NCBI GenBank assembly: GCA_000004695.1
Contig: CM000151.3
Span: 6,496,001 to 6,560,000 of the forward strand
Reading direction: 5' to 3'
DNA length: 64,000 nt
DNA from: Dictyostelium discoideum
Lineage: Eukaryota
The position numbers were made by a program, and so were the translations under genes. Under the pieces are notes generated by a model. That model did not search any database and had not been told where the DNA came from. It saw only the letters and a list, made by a program, of their open reading frames with translations. Positions 41,060-54,782 of this stretch are shown piece by piece (position 1 is the first letter of the stretch; the number at the start of each line of letters is the position of its first letter).

Positions 41060-42520
41060 AATGAAAAATCATTAAATGATAGAAAAAGTATTTTTAAAAA
41101 ATCATATCATATAATTAGATTATTAATTGAAATGAATGATATTATTAATTATAAAGATATTAGAATTTATTTACCAAATCAATCAGAAGAAAGAAAATTA
41201 TTAATGAAAATTAGAGAAGGTGAAGAAATTGATATTCAATCTTGTTTTGAATTAGTGCAATCTAAATATTTAGAATTTGAATCAAAATTTAATGAATTAA
41301 AAAAAAATTCAACAAATGATTCTTTAATTAAATTAAATTCAGCTAGAGCATTACACGTTTTAAATGATTGGGTGGTTGATATTAGAAGAAATTCAATTGA
41401 AAATTCAAATAATTTAAATTCATTTAAAAAATATAAATTTGAAAATGAAAATCATCATGATGAATCAAATAATAGTTTTAAAATTGCAATGGATTTAATG
41501 AATAAAAATAATATTAAAGGTACTTTAATTTATTTTGGTCCTTCAGGTAGTCATTTACATGGTTTACAAGATGATGATCATAATGATGAAAATAGTAATG
41601 ATAATGAAAAGATTGATTGGATTGGTATTTATGCAGCGCCAACTGATGATATTGTTTCATTATTCCCACCTGCATTAAAACATGATTCAAGTGGTTTCAT
41701 AATGCAATCAAATGAACATATTGGTATAAATCTTAATCCAGCACCTGATAGACCAAATAATCAAAATAAAAAGGATTCATTCAGTAAAGGTATCATTTTA
41801 TATGAATTAAAATATGCATTGCAATTAATTGTAAATTGTTCCTATAGAGTTTTAGAATGTGTTTTCATGTCTTCAAATCAAGTACTCAATAATCATCCAT
41901 TCAAAAATAAATTTTATATTACAGATGCATGGAAAGATTTCATTAATCAAGTTTTAATCAATGATAATAATAATAATAAAACTTTTTCAAAATTATCAAA
42001 TTCAAATTTAATTCAACAATATTGGGGACTTGCAAAAGGAATTAGTATGAAGAATTCAACAATTTTTAAAATGGTTAAATCAAATTTGTTAAGAAAAAAA
42101 GATGATGCTATTACTATTGCTGAAGAAGATTTAGTTACTGATGATAGTATTTCAAAGAATTTATTCTTTTTAAATTATTTATTAATACAATGTAATACTA
42201 TATTAAATGGTATTGTTTTTAATGAAAATAATACAATTATCAATTCTCCAAATAATGAAATTTTATTAAAAGAAAAAGAAATACCATCTATATTCATTGA
42301 TAAACAATCAAAAGATTATCAATTTTTAATGTCATTAAAACATAACAAGCTAAACAAACTATCAATCATTCAATCATTAATAATTGATTCTGATTCAATT
42401 TTAGAAGAAATTAGAATTAAATTAGATACTTTAAAGAAAATACAAAGAATTGATCTTGTAGAATTTGAAACTATAAAATTATTAAATTCATTTTATAATA
42501 AAGTCAGAAAATCATTATAA
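40235..42520 (+). CDS. Large protein with two tandem predicted Pol-beta-superfamily nucleotidyltransferase domains (RlaP/PF10127-like), plus poly-N and poly-Q tracts; single exon, 761 aa
   Basis: The ATG is at 40235. Domain 1 reads LIFFSLIGSESFNLNIESSDQDFFGVYE (GS-x10-SDxD-hhGV). Domain 2 reads LIYFGPSGSHLHGLQDDDH...IDWIGIYA (GSHxxG...DW.GIY). Both fit the GS...[DE]x[DE] nucleotidyltransferase signature in the form found in bacterial RlaP-type predicted NTases. Confidence 0.65.
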
Positions 42521-42711
42521 TAAAAAAATTTTTTTTTTTTCATTTCTTAGCAATTATTTAATTTTAATATTAATTTAGTGTAGTATATAAATAGATCAAT
42601 TTATATACTATACTAAAATACTCTTAAAAATTGATTTATTAATTAATGAATATTTTAAAAAAAAAAAAGGAAAATGACCATGATTTAAATAATTTAACAT
42701 TTTGATGAAAA

Positions 42712-42778
<67 letters not shown>

Positions 42779-42985
42779 ATAATTTTCAAATAAAAAAATC
42801 ATGAACCAATCTCAAAGTTTTTTTTTTAAAAAATTGGTGATATCAAAATTTGTTGGTTTAAAATAAAAAATTAAAATTTTAAATGTTTAGAAGGTTTGAT
42901 TACTGAGATTCGCCATGTTTTTTCATAATTTCATAATAATTATTAATAGATTTTTTCATAATTCAAATTCGATAGCATAACGTTC

Positions 42986-43038
<53 letters not shown>

Positions 43039-43159
43039 AAAACTCAAAATTTGGTAAATATAAATAGAAATGGAAAATAAAAAAATTATTATTCAATTCA
43101 TAAATATAAAAATAAATAGTAAATAGTAAATAATTAAATAAATTATTAAATAAATTAAA

Positions 43160-44179
43160 ATGTTACCAATAACAAATAAAGTTGCATTAATTACAAAAAA
43201 AGGATTTTCAGAATCATTTTCAATTGTTGATAATGAAATTCCAAAACCTAAAGGAAATGAAGTTTTAATTAAAGTTGATTATGTTGGTCTTAATAGATGT
43301 GATCTTTATTTTTCATTGGGACTTTATTTACCATTTGAAAATTATCCAAATGTATCAGGTTTTGAAGCTTCAGGTACTGTTGTAGAATTTGCAAATGATG
43401 AATTAGAGAATTCAAGTAAATTTAAAGTTGGTGATAAAGTTAGTGTAATTTATACTTGTGATCATAGAAAATATGGTACATTTGCAGAATATGCAGTTTT
43501 TCCAATTGGTTGTTTAGTTAAGAATAATGAATTATCAAGTCAAAAAGAAATTGCTGCAAATTGGATTTCATTTTTCACTGCATACTATGGTCTTGTTGAA
43601 TTTGCTCAAATTAAAAAAGGTGATTATGTAATTATCACCGCTGGTAGTGCTGGAACTTCTTTAGCTGGTATTGCAATTGCTAAATTTTTTGGTGCTCATA
43701 CAATCGTTACAAGTCGTAATGAAAAGAAGAAACAACAAATTTTAGATTATGGTGCTGATTATTTCGTTTCTCTTGACACTGAAGATATTGTTAAAAGAAC
43801 CTTTGAAATTACTAATGGTAAAGGTGCAAATATTATATATGACTCTGTTGGTGGACAAAGTGCTCAAAAATTATTTGAATCATCTTCACAATTTGGTAAA
43901 ATTGTATTCTATGGTAATATGAATCACTCAGAACCAACACCTCTCCCAATTTTAATTGGTCTTAAAAATTACTTAACAATCAAAGTTTTAAATACAAATG
44001 AATACCTTTATCAACCTGAATTTAATAAAAAAGCTATTGAATTTTTAAATTCAAATTTTCATCATTTTAAATCAATAGTTGGTAAAGAATTTATTGGTAT
44101 TGATTCATTGGTTGATGCTCTTAAATATTTAGAAACTGGTGATTTATTTGGTAAAGTTGTTGTAAAAGTTAATAATTAA
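43160..44179 (+). CDS. Quinone oxidoreductase / zeta-crystallin-like NADPH-dependent MDR-superfamily oxidoreductase; single exon, 339 aa
   Basis: N-terminal GroES-like fold (EVLIKVDYVGLNRCD). Rossmann motif ITAGSAGTSLAGIAIAKFFGAHTIVTSRNEKKKQ. No zinc-ligand Cys/His pattern is present, so it is a QOR-type enzyme rather than a zinc ADH. Confidence 0.85.
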   Translation: MLPITNKVALITKKGFSESFSIVDNEIPKPKGNEVLIKVDYVGLNRCDLYFSLGLYLPFENYPNVSGFEASGTVVEFANDELENSSKFKVGDKVSVIYTCDHRKYGTFAEYAVFPIGCLVKNNELSSQKEIAANWISFFTAYYGLVEFAQIKKGDYVIITAGSAGTSLAGIAIAKFFGAHTIVTSRNEKKKQQILDYGADYFVSLDTEDIVKRTFEITNGKGANIIYDSVGGQSAQKLFESSSQFGKIVFYGNMNHSEPTPLPILIGLKNYLTIKVLNTNEYLYQPEFNKKAIEFLNSNFHHFKSIVGKEFIGIDSLVDALKYLETGDLFGKVVVKVNN

Positions 44180-44272
44180 TATAATAAAAAAATGGATAAT
44201 ATATTTTTATAGTAGTACTATAGTTATGCAAAAATAAATAAATAAAAGACTTTTATCATGCCCTATATCATT

Positions 44273-44324
<52 letters not shown>

Positions 44325-44410
44325 AAATTAATGAGATAAATAAAAAATATATTTTGATTAATTATTGTTTACTTTTATTAAATTAATAATAATAAATATT
44401 ATTATTTTAT

Positions 44411-44566
44411 TTAAAAGAAACCTGAAATTCCTTCAGCCATTAAAGCGGCACCTTTTATTAGTTTTGAATAACCAGACTTGGAAACAGAGTTTACATTTTG
44501 ATTTGTTTCAATCATGCTGTTTGTAGAAACAAAGGAGAATGAATTCTTTCTGTTAGAGATACCCAT
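44411..44566 (-). CDS. Candidate small ORF (51 aa: MGISNRKNSFSFVSTNSMIETNQNVNSVSKSGYSKLIKGAALMAEGISGFF); speculative
   Basis: A short island with coding-like composition (higher GC, no homopolymers) between two convergent genes. There is no homology support. Confidence 0.2.
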   Translation of the reverse strand: MGISNRKNSFSFVSTNSMIETNQNVNSVSKSGYSKLIKGAALMAEGISGFF

Positions 44567-45242
44567 ACTTGAAATTGATTCTATTTTTAAAAAAAAAACA
44601 ATTAGAAAACTATATTTTAAAATATAAATTGAAAATTATTTTCATACATACTTAAAATAGTCATTCCAATATTTTTTTTTTTGTATACAAAAGAAAATAA
44701 TTTATTAAAAATGATTTTGAATTCCTTTTTTATTTATACAAAAAAAAAATTGAGCAAAATTTCAAAAATTGCTACAAAAAATATTATTAAAAAAAAAATA
44801 ATTAACACACCCACAAAAGTATATCTATATTATTAAAGATTACTTGTGAATTAAACAATCTGGTTGAATTTTACCAAAATTATATAAAGTGTAATTTAAA
44901 CAAAATTTTACACTTGTGTAAATAAATATTTGTAAAATTAAAAAAAAAAAAAAAAAAAAAACCAATGTGTTGATAGGTATATAATATTAATTATACCACC
45001 AATATTTTTAAAAATAAATTATATAAATTATTTTGGGGACCACTCAAATTTTCTCAAATGTACAAAATTATACAAAAAAACCTTGAAACACCACACCAAC
45101 TTGTTTATTAATATTAATTTTAAGTTGTGAATGAAAAAATAAAAAAAAAAATAAAGAACAGTTTTTTTTTTTTTTTTTTGTTATTATAGTTGTGTATTTT
45201 ATTTAGTTTATACAATTTATATATATATATTTTATTTTTATT

Positions 45243-48200
45243 TTAACTTTTAAAAGTTTTTAGTTTATTTTGTAATCCATTTTTGAATTTTGTATCTTTT
45301 TTCTTTTTGATTATATGGTAAGCAATGGAAATGGCAATTACTGCAGCAAATGCAATGGAGCCAATAATTATACCAATAAGTTGTGGTGTTGTTAATTTTG
45401 ATTGATTGGGAGTACAAACTGAATTTTCATCATTTTTTGAAGTTGATTTACTATCTATTAATACTGAGAAATCTGGATCAATAATTATTGATTTTTGATA
45501 GTTTGGTATTGTTATACCTATATATGATTGTGAAGATGATGCAGTTTGAATTGAGTTCATTTTTGAATCTAATAATACATTTTCAATGGTCGAAATTTTT
45601 GAATCAATTATTGCTCTTTTAATAAATCTACCATAAAGTGAATGGTCATTAATTTGAATTTTAAAATAATTTGAATTATCTCCATTACTAGTTTCACCAA
45701 AATCTTTTAATGAGCAAATTTCTTTAGTTTTCGATGACTCAAATGATGCAGACATTACAAGTTGTAAATTATTTAATTGATTTGAAAATTTATATTCTGT
45801 AATTTCAATTGTATATTTAATACTTGATGGATACATTGTAATACTAGAATTTGCAAATTCTATAGTACTTGTATCTTTAAACCATTCTAATATAACTGTA
45901 ATATTTGTATTAAATGGTGTAGTTGAATTATTTTTTATACTTGTAAAGTATTGACTTTTATTTTGATTAATTTGAGTAAATATCCATCGATCAAATGGGT
46001 ATAAATTTATTTGATTTCCATTAAAATCTAATTCTCTAATTGATACGATTGAAATTAATGATTTATATAAATAATTTATACCAGAAGGTTGTTGGTTATT
46101 ATTATTATCTATGATTGGTATTTCAGTTGATGGTTGTGAAGTGTTAGTTGAAGGTTGTGGTATAATTACAACTTGTGCATTACAATCATTACCAATCCAT
46201 GGTTGGTAACAAACACATCCTTTTGATGAGCAAAAACCTTGTTTAGGTCCTCCACATATTGGTTCACCTAAACATGTTTGAGGTTTATTAGTTGGTGTTG
46301 GTAATTGAGTCGTAGTTGTTGGTGTTGGTGTATTAAGTGGTGAAACAGAAAGAAAGGAAAATAAAGGTGTAACTATGAATTCATTTGATTGTTGACCATT
46401 TTTTGTAACTACTCTGATGGTGAATGGTTTATCAGTTGGGTCAATATCTAGTATTAATAATGCAGTTGAAAAAATTATACTTGGAAAAGAAATTTGAGAA
46501 AATACTAAATCAGTTGAATATTTAATTTGTACATATTGAATCGAGGTTTTAAATCCTCTTCCTACAATCCATAATTCACCACCTGTTGATGAAATTTGAC
46601 TTGTTCTTAAAATTTCAATCTTTCTAACCAATTGAATATTTGACATTGAATAAATTGGAAATGCGGATGAAATGTACGTACTTGGGAATCCACTATAATA
46701 ACCACCATTATTAATGAAACCATAAACACTAAATACTATATCTGAATTATATCCAAACCCTACTGGTAATTCAATTTCACATGTATAATTTGCAGTTTTT
46801 GAATTTATAGATTTAATTTTCGATTCACATTGAATAATTTGTAATTCTGTTGATTCAATATAAACAATTGGATATTGTTCATTTTTTAAACCAGTATCTA
46901 AATCGACGGCTTGAAAATCAAATGCTATAACAATTGTTTGAGAATCATTTAAAATTGTTTTCACTGCACTAAACAAAGTTAATTCTGGTGGTGAAATATC
47001 GTAACCGTCATTTTCAGTTGTACATTTTTTATATATTTTATTTATAGTTGAATCACCTAAAAAATTTATAAATGGATTTCTAATACTCTCACATTGTTCA
47101 GATACTGAAAATTTAGCGAAATTACCTCGAGTATCGAATAAATAAACATCTGTAATGATATAATTTTGAGAAGCACATAAAATTGATATTTTAATATTAA
47201 TTTGATATTCACCATTATATTTATCACCACTAGTTAAATTTAAAGGTGTTAAATGAAATTTATAAGTTGAACTATCCATTTCACCTCTAACAATAATATC
47301 ACCATAATCAAATCCATTAATTTTATCACCTATTACAAATTTCCAACCAAATTCATTTGTAGTATTTATTTTTTCAACTTTATTAAAAATTGGACCATAA
47401 CTATCGAAATCTATTATTATTTTTATTGGAATTAGTAAAACAATAATATATATATATAACACTTGTATTATAACTTACTTGATGAAATTATAAATAATTG
47501 TGCTGATAATGGTAACATTGTACTATCTATTGGGTTATAATTTGGATTTGAATTTCCATAAAGTTTAAAAGGTATATGACCAGGTTGAGTGTTAGCAGGT
47601 ACAGTGAATTCAATTTGGAACATTGATGTTGATGAATTCCATTTTGAGAATCTAAAATCTGAACTATCTAAATCACCATTTTTTAATATTGAAACTGGAT
47701 CATTTAATAATAATGCAAAAGAGCTACCTTTATCAAATTCACCTTCATAACTGAAATAAATGATATTATTAACAGATTTATTTGTAACATCAATATTATT
47801 ATATAAAAATGATATATTTGTAATTAATACTGGATTTAGTTCGCCAAATGGTATTTCAAATTTCAATAAAGGACTAATTGAATAATATTCACCTCTTAGA
47901 TAGTTTATTCTATTACTTAATAAATTTGAAATTGTAAATTTAGTAATTGAATCTTTATATAAATCTACAACTGTTTCAAATTCCAATACACTACTATTAC
48001 TTTCACTATCAACTACCGATTCATATCTTAATGTGATATCTGACCCTAGATATATTGATGCCCCATAACCATTTGTATTCACTTTAAATCTAAATAAATA
48101 ACTTTCATCAAATAATAATTTACATTCAAATTCTAAAAGAGTTGATAATATTGAACTATTTAATATTTGAGCTTAATTTTAAAATTAAAATGTGTAAAAA

Positions 48201-49404
48201 AAAAAAATTAGAAATTTATTTATATTATTAATTTTTAATTTTTAATAATGTTATTATCATTATAATTTTAAATTTTATTAAAGTAAAAAAAAAAAAAAAA
48301 ATTAAGGAATTTTATTAATAAAATACATACCATATGGTGAAGTAACTGTTACAAAACTATTACTATTTTGAATAACAAAACTATGTGTAGGAGAATATGA
48401 ATATAAATACTCCAGGTGAGATTGCACATGCACGTATTTAAAATTATTACCATTGCTAAATCCATATGGCCATGTGTAGCTATTTTTGTACTCGTTCCAA
48501 AACATTACAAGTGGATAAAATCCGTATTGTGTTTCTGTATCAAACTTAACAAAAAACAATGATGAAAAAAGTAATGACACACCATGTCCAGATGACAAAT
48601 ATGTATTATTTATATTAGCGATACTAAATTCTATGGTTTGTTTTTAAATATAAAGATTGTTAATAATTAATATAATATAATAAAAATAAAAAAAAAATAA
48701 AAAAAAAAAAAGATAATATTAAATACCTTTTAAATATATTATCGGAGTTTCATAAACTTTAACAAAATTTTTTGAAAAAAAAGAATAAATTACTTCTGGT
48801 GTATGGATATACAATTGGCCTAAATAGGTAATAAAATTTTCATCTTGATAAATTGGTGTGAAATCTGCATTCTTACTATTTCCATCATCTACGTATAAAT
48901 AAGGCTCATAATCATTACTAGTTTTATTAATAGTTACTGAATAAACGGTAGAACATCCTAATCCAAACTCTGAAACATTTGTGGTTTCGTTTGGATAATA
49001 GTTTATTTTTGAATTACTGATATCTAGATTATAATCTATTTAATGTTTCAAAAAAAAAAAAAAAAAAAAAAATTAAAATAAGCAAATTTTGGAAAATATG
49101 AAAATAGATGAAATTGAAAAAATTACCAAGATATGTAGAAGCTGGGATAGTAACGACAATTGTATGAGGGCCATAAAATAATAAAGAAATGTTATAATTT
49201 TCAACTGTTCCCCCATCCAACTCCTCAAGGGAAATTAAGAAATAATTTGGATTTAATGGGTAAGCACTACCACCAAAAATTACCAAATTATTTAATGGAT
49301 ATTTTAATCCAATTAATTGAATAATTCCATTACCATATAAATTATTTTTTTTAAAGTAATTTGGTTTTAAAATTTTTACTTTCATTAATTCGTAGTCAAT
49401 CACT

Positions 49405-49457
<53 letters not shown>

Positions 49458-49899
49458 GTTAGAATTTAAAATCAAATAATTTTAAATAAAATTATATTTT
49501 AATTAAATACAAACTTTCACATGAATAAGATATGTTTAAATCAACTTTTATTGTTGGATTATTTAAAAGATAGCAAACAATATTTGATGTATAACTTCCA
49601 AAGGACAATGCAGTATGAGTAATACCAATTATACTTCCTGTTCTATCAGATCTTATCATTTCAGAATAATCAAAATCTGTTGTAAACATCAATTGATCAC
49701 CTTCATCCATTGCTGGTTCAACGTAACAAAGAATTTCAAATGAAAAATCACAAAATTCCCTATCACTATATTGAGGATACACTTTATAATTTTTTGGATT
49801 TGATATATCTGTAATTTTCAATGTTTGACAATTACAAAAATTAATCAAAACAAAACAAAAATAATAAATAATAAAAAATTTTAATAAATTTATATTCAT
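45243..49899 (-). CDS. Large type-I transmembrane glycoprotein with a signal peptide, many N-glycosylation sites, a Cys-rich EGF-like module and one C-terminal TM helix; possibly Tgr (IPT/TIG) adhesion-family-like; 6 exons, about 1360 aa
   Basis: Exons are 49899..49515 (signal peptide MNINLLKFFIIYYFCFVLINFCNCQ; donor GTTTGT), 49402..49127 (GTAATT), 49036..48727 (GTATTT), 48630..48331 (GTATGT), 48132..47479 (GTAAGT) and 47410..45243. Every exon is phase 1 to 1, with clean (A/T)nAG acceptors. The five track ORFs on this strand are these exons. The EGF-like module is CLGEPICGGPKQGFCSSKGCVCYQPWIGNDCNAQV. The TM is LIGIIIGSIAFAAVIAISIAYHII, followed by KKKKD. Confidence 0.65.
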
Positions 49900-50554
49900 T
49901 TTTGATTCATATATAAAAATACTGAAAATTAATTATTAAAAAAAAAATTAAATAAAAAATAATTATAATAATTGTTTTTTTTTAAAAAAAAAAAAAAATA
50001 ATAAGAAAAAAAAAAAAAAGAAAAGAAATTTCTAAAAAAAAAAAAAATAAAAGAATTTTACAATTTCTGTAATTATTTTATGTTTATAAAAAATAATTTC
50101 AAAGGTGATATTTTTTTTTTTTAAAATATCAAGATTTTTTTTTATTAATTGGTAAAAAAAAAAAAAAAAATAAGATATTTTGAATTTTCAAATTTTTTTC
50201 TTTTTTTTTTTTTTTGGTATTTTTGAATATCAAAATCAAATAATAAAAAAAATATCGACTGTAAAGCTCTCCATGGGTTATTTAAAAATTATTTTTAGTT
50301 TTATTTATTTTCTTTTTTTTTTTTAATTTTTTTTTTTTTTTTTTTTTTTAAAAAAATAATGATTTTAATTATTACATTGTTGTTATATATATAAATTATA
50401 AATATGTGGCTTTTTTATTATTCATTTAAAATTAAAGACAAAAACCCAGGAGATAATTTAAAAACAAGTTAAAAAATTTGTAGTATTTAATTATAAAATT
50501 ATTTATCTATTTTTATTATTTATTTTGGTTATTTACTTGGTTTCCACTTAATTT

Positions 50555-50590
<36 letters not shown>

Positions 50591-51082
50591 ATTACCCAAA
50601 AATAAATATCTTAAAAAAAAAAAAATTTCAAAAACGATTTAAAATTTTAAAATGTATTCAAAAAATAAAATACCACAATCTCAGTCTCCTCCCTCTAAAC
50701 ATCAATCTCATAATTCAAGATGGAAAAAAATTTTAATTTTATCTCAATTATTATAATTACAATTTTCACATTAGTATTTTTAGTTGGTAATTTATACCCA
50801 ACACATGATGAATATGTTTTAATTGATGTTAAATATATTTTGGAAATTAAAGAAGAATGGGAAATAAATTGAAGCCAATTTGCATCTATGTTAATAGATC
50901 AACACTCAATACTCAAAAATAAAAGTGGTTTTAAAAGGTGATTACAACAGTGGTAAAACTTAGTTGATGAATATGCTAGATAACAAGAATTTCTAGTTTA
51001 TCTAACTTTTGATAAAGGTATTTTTTGTATGTCCTTCACCATTATTTTTTTCACAAATATCAGTATTGTATAAAATAAATCT

Positions 51083-51120
<38 letters not shown>

Positions 51121-51895
51121 GAATAACCATATAGAATATAAAAATAGATTTTGGAAAAAAAAATAAAAAAAAAATAAAAAAATAAACTAAATTTGGACTA
51201 TTTTGTTTGTTTTTTTTAATTTTATTTTTCAAAAATTCAAATTTGAGATTAAAAAAAAATATTAAAACCAAATCAATTTTTAAAAATTAAAAAAATTAAT
51301 AAAAAATTAAACAAAAAATAAAAAAAAAAAGGTAATAACAATTAAATTTAAATTTTTTTATTCTGTCCACCCTTTTATTTATTATTTTTTTTTTTTTTTT
51401 AATTCAAGAACAATTTAAATATATCCAAGTTTTTATTTTGGTGACTCACAAACAAAATTAATTTTCTAATATTAAATATGTGAGGTTTTTTTTTATAAAA
51501 GTTAGTTAATTTTTTAATTTTGGTGAGTCATTGAAAGAATCCACTAATCAACCATATAAAGATTAGAATTTACCAGAATAAATAACTGAAAAATATAAAA
51601 ATAGAAAAATTTAAAAAAAAAAATAAAAAAATAATAAAAAAATTAAAAAAAAAAAAAATAAAAAAAAAACAATTGAATAAAAAAAAAATAATAAAAATAA
51701 TAAAAATAATAAAAATAATTAAAAAAAACAATAACCCCATTTTAAGTTTTTTTATATTTTTTTTTTTTATTTTTTTTTTGTTTTTTTTTTTTTTTGCACC
51801 CAGAACTTCAACAAATTGATGACAAGACATTTTTAAAAAAAAAAAATTTCAAATTAAAAAAAAATAAAAAAAATTAATTTTTAAAAAAAAAATTT

Positions 51896-51926
<31 letters not shown>

Positions 51927-52121
51927 TTATTTCATTTATTAATAATACATCCACAAAGGTATGATATTATTATTTTATAACTATTTAATCCTTTTTTATT
52001 ATTATTATTATTTTTTTTTTTTTTTTTTTTTATCTTTTTTTCATACAATTATATTTTTATAGAAATTTTTTATTTATTTAATTTTTTTTAAAAAAAAAAA
52101 AAAAAAATTTACTAATCCTTA

Positions 52122-52154
<33 letters not shown>

Positions 52155-52167
52155 TAATTAATTTAGA

Positions 52168-53349
52168 ATGAAAATATTATTATTTGTTACATTAATTGCA
52201 TTGGCATTTGTTGCCTTATGCTCAGCAGAAGGAAATGTTGTTGTTTTATCACCAGACAACTTTGATACAGTTGTTGATGGTTCAAAAACTGTATTTGTAA
52301 AATTCTATGCACCATGGTGTGGCCATTGTAAAAAACTTGCACCAGATTTTGAAATCCTTGCTGACACATTCGCACCAGTTTCCAACAAAGTTGTAATTGC
52401 CAAAGTTGATTGTGACCAAGCTGACAACAAAGCTCTCTGTAGTAAATATGATGTTTCTGGTTATCCAACCCTCAAAATCTTTGACAAATCAACCACTGCC
52501 AAAGAGTAAGTAAAAAAATAAAAAAACATATAATATTACTTTGATACTAATATATATATAATATATATATTTTTTTTTTAAAAAAAAAAAAAAAGTTACA
52601 ACGGTGCTAGATCAGTTGATGAATTATTAACTTATATCAATAATCACGCCAAAACCAACGTTAAAGTAAAGAAAGCACCATCAAATGTTGTTGATTTATC
52701 ACCATCAAATTTTGATTCAGTTGTTTTAGATAAATCAAAGAATGTTTTAGTTGAATTCTATGCACCATGGTGTGGTCATTGCAAAAAGTTAATGCCAGAT
52801 TATGAAATCCTTGGTAACACCTACGCCAATGAAAAAGATGTTGTCATCGCCAAAATTGATTGCGATGCTGCTGATAACAAAGCCATCTGCTCCAAATATG
52901 GTGTCACTGGTTTCCCAACACTCAAATGGTTCGGTAAACAAAGCAAAGACGGTGAAAAATATGAACAAGGTCGTGATCTTGATACTTTCATCAACTACAT
53001 CAACAAACAAGCTGGTGTTAACCGTGTCAAAGGTGGTAAACTCGCTGTTGGTGCTGGTCGTGTTGAACAACTCGATACTATTGCCACTGAATTCATCGCT
53101 GCCGCTGCTGAAGTCCGTAAGGAACTCGTCAAGAAAGCTCAAACCGTCGTTGATTCTCTCCCAGAAGAATTAAGAACTGAAGGTTCATACTACGTCAAAG
53201 TCATGAAAACCATTGCTGAAAAATCAATCGATTTTGTAACCACTGAAATCGCTCGTATCACCAAATTAGTCTCTGGTTCAATGTCTGGAAAGAAAGCTGA
53301 TGAATTTGCCAAGAAACTCAATATTTTAGAATCTTTCAAATCAAAATAA
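52168..53349 (+). CDS. Protein disulfide isomerase with two thioredoxin domains plus a C-terminal helical domain (P5-like; matches the described Dictyostelium Dd-PDI architecture, which lacks KDEL); 2 exons, 363 aa
   Basis: Exon 1 is 52168..52505, with the signal peptide MKILLFVTLIALAFVALCSA and the first WCGHCK. The donor is GTAAGT (phase 2), the intron is 90 nt and the acceptor is (A)nAG. Exon 2 is 52596..53349 with the second WCGHCK and a C-terminal domain ending ...ILESFKSK* with no KDEL. I could not confirm the exact dictyBase gene name from memory. Confidence 0.9.
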
Positions 53350-53484
53350 ATTAAATTTAATTTAGAAAATAAAAAATAAAATAAAAGAAAAAAAATAAAA
53401 TATAAAATAAAATTTTAAAAAAAATAAAAAAAAAAATAAATGTTATTCTTATTAAATCAATTCTTTTTTTTTTTTTTATCCTTT

Positions 53485-53515
<31 letters not shown>

Positions 53516-54266
53516 CTTAAAAGCGATCAGACATGCACATGAATTTTCATTCCAAAATGTGATTTTTTTATTTTTATTTTTATTTTTTTATTTTTATTTA
53601 TTTTTATTTTTTTATTTTTTTTTTTTTTCACTTTTGTTTTTTTTTTTTTATTTTTTTTTTTCAATTTTTTTTTTTCTTTTTTTTTCATCATCAACAAATA
53701 AGGTATGAATCAATTGTGTTTATTCTTTTATATTTTTTCTTTTTTTATTTTCCTCATTTATTTTTGTTTTTAACAAAAAAAAAAAAAAAACATAATAATG
53801 TTTAAATTTTTTAGATTAATTAATTTAAACCCGAAACATATATAAGTGTGAAAAAAAAAAAAAAAAAAAAAAACCTACCTACCCACTCTTTTTTTTATTT
53901 TTAAAAATACAAACAACAGTTTTTTTTTTTTTTTCTTTTTTTTTTTCACTTTTTACAATTAAAAATACATAACAATAGTAATAATAATAATAATATTTTT
54001 AAAAAAAAAATATTAAAAATAATAATAATATATCGGCTGGTATTGGTTTGTTTTTATTGAATTATTTTTTATTTATTTATTTTTATTATAAAATTAATTT
54101 TTTATTTAATTATTTATTTATTTATTTTTATTATAAAATTTTTTATCATTATTTTTTTTTTTTTTTAAAAAACATAAAATTTAAAAATATTGGTTTCAAT
54201 ATTAATTTAAGACACTCAATCTTTTTTTTTTTTTTTTTAAAGTTAAATTACTCTTTTTAATAAAAA

Positions 54267-54782
54267 ATGTCAGAAAAAACTTTCACTCGTCAAGAAGTTG
54301 CTAAACACTGTTCATTAAACAGTTTATGGATCATTTACAATGATGATGTTTTTGATGTTACAAATTTTGTCGTTGAACATCCAGGTGGTGAAGAAGTTTT
54401 AAAAGGAAATGGTGGTAAATATTATTTAAATTATTTTATTTCATTTTAAATTTGAAAATATTTTTTATTTTAAGGGGATTTTATTTTATAAATATTAAAA
54501 ATTTAAAAAATATTTTAAAATATTATAGGTAAAGATGCAACTCAAGAGTTTGATGATGTAGGTCACAGCGCAAGTGCTATCGCAAAAATGCAATCACTCA
54601 GAATTGGTCGTATCGAAGGCGCTAAACCAAGAGAAGAGAAAAAGAAGGAAATTAAAAAAACAACCACAACTACTAGCGCACCAAAACAACAAGAAAGTGC
54701 TGGTTTAGGTCTTTTAAAAATCCCATTAATTATCATTGTTTTAGCAATCGCTGCTTACTTTTTCATGGGTGACCAACAATAA
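54267..54782 (+). CDS. Cytochrome b5 (tail-anchored); 2 exons
   Basis: Exon 1 is 54267..54414 (HPGGEEVL heme-binding motif; donor GTAAAT, phase 1). Exon 2 is 54529..54782 (G|KDATQEFDDVGHS second heme-ligand motif, then a C-terminal TM IPLIIIVLAIAAYFFM). Confidence 0.9.
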
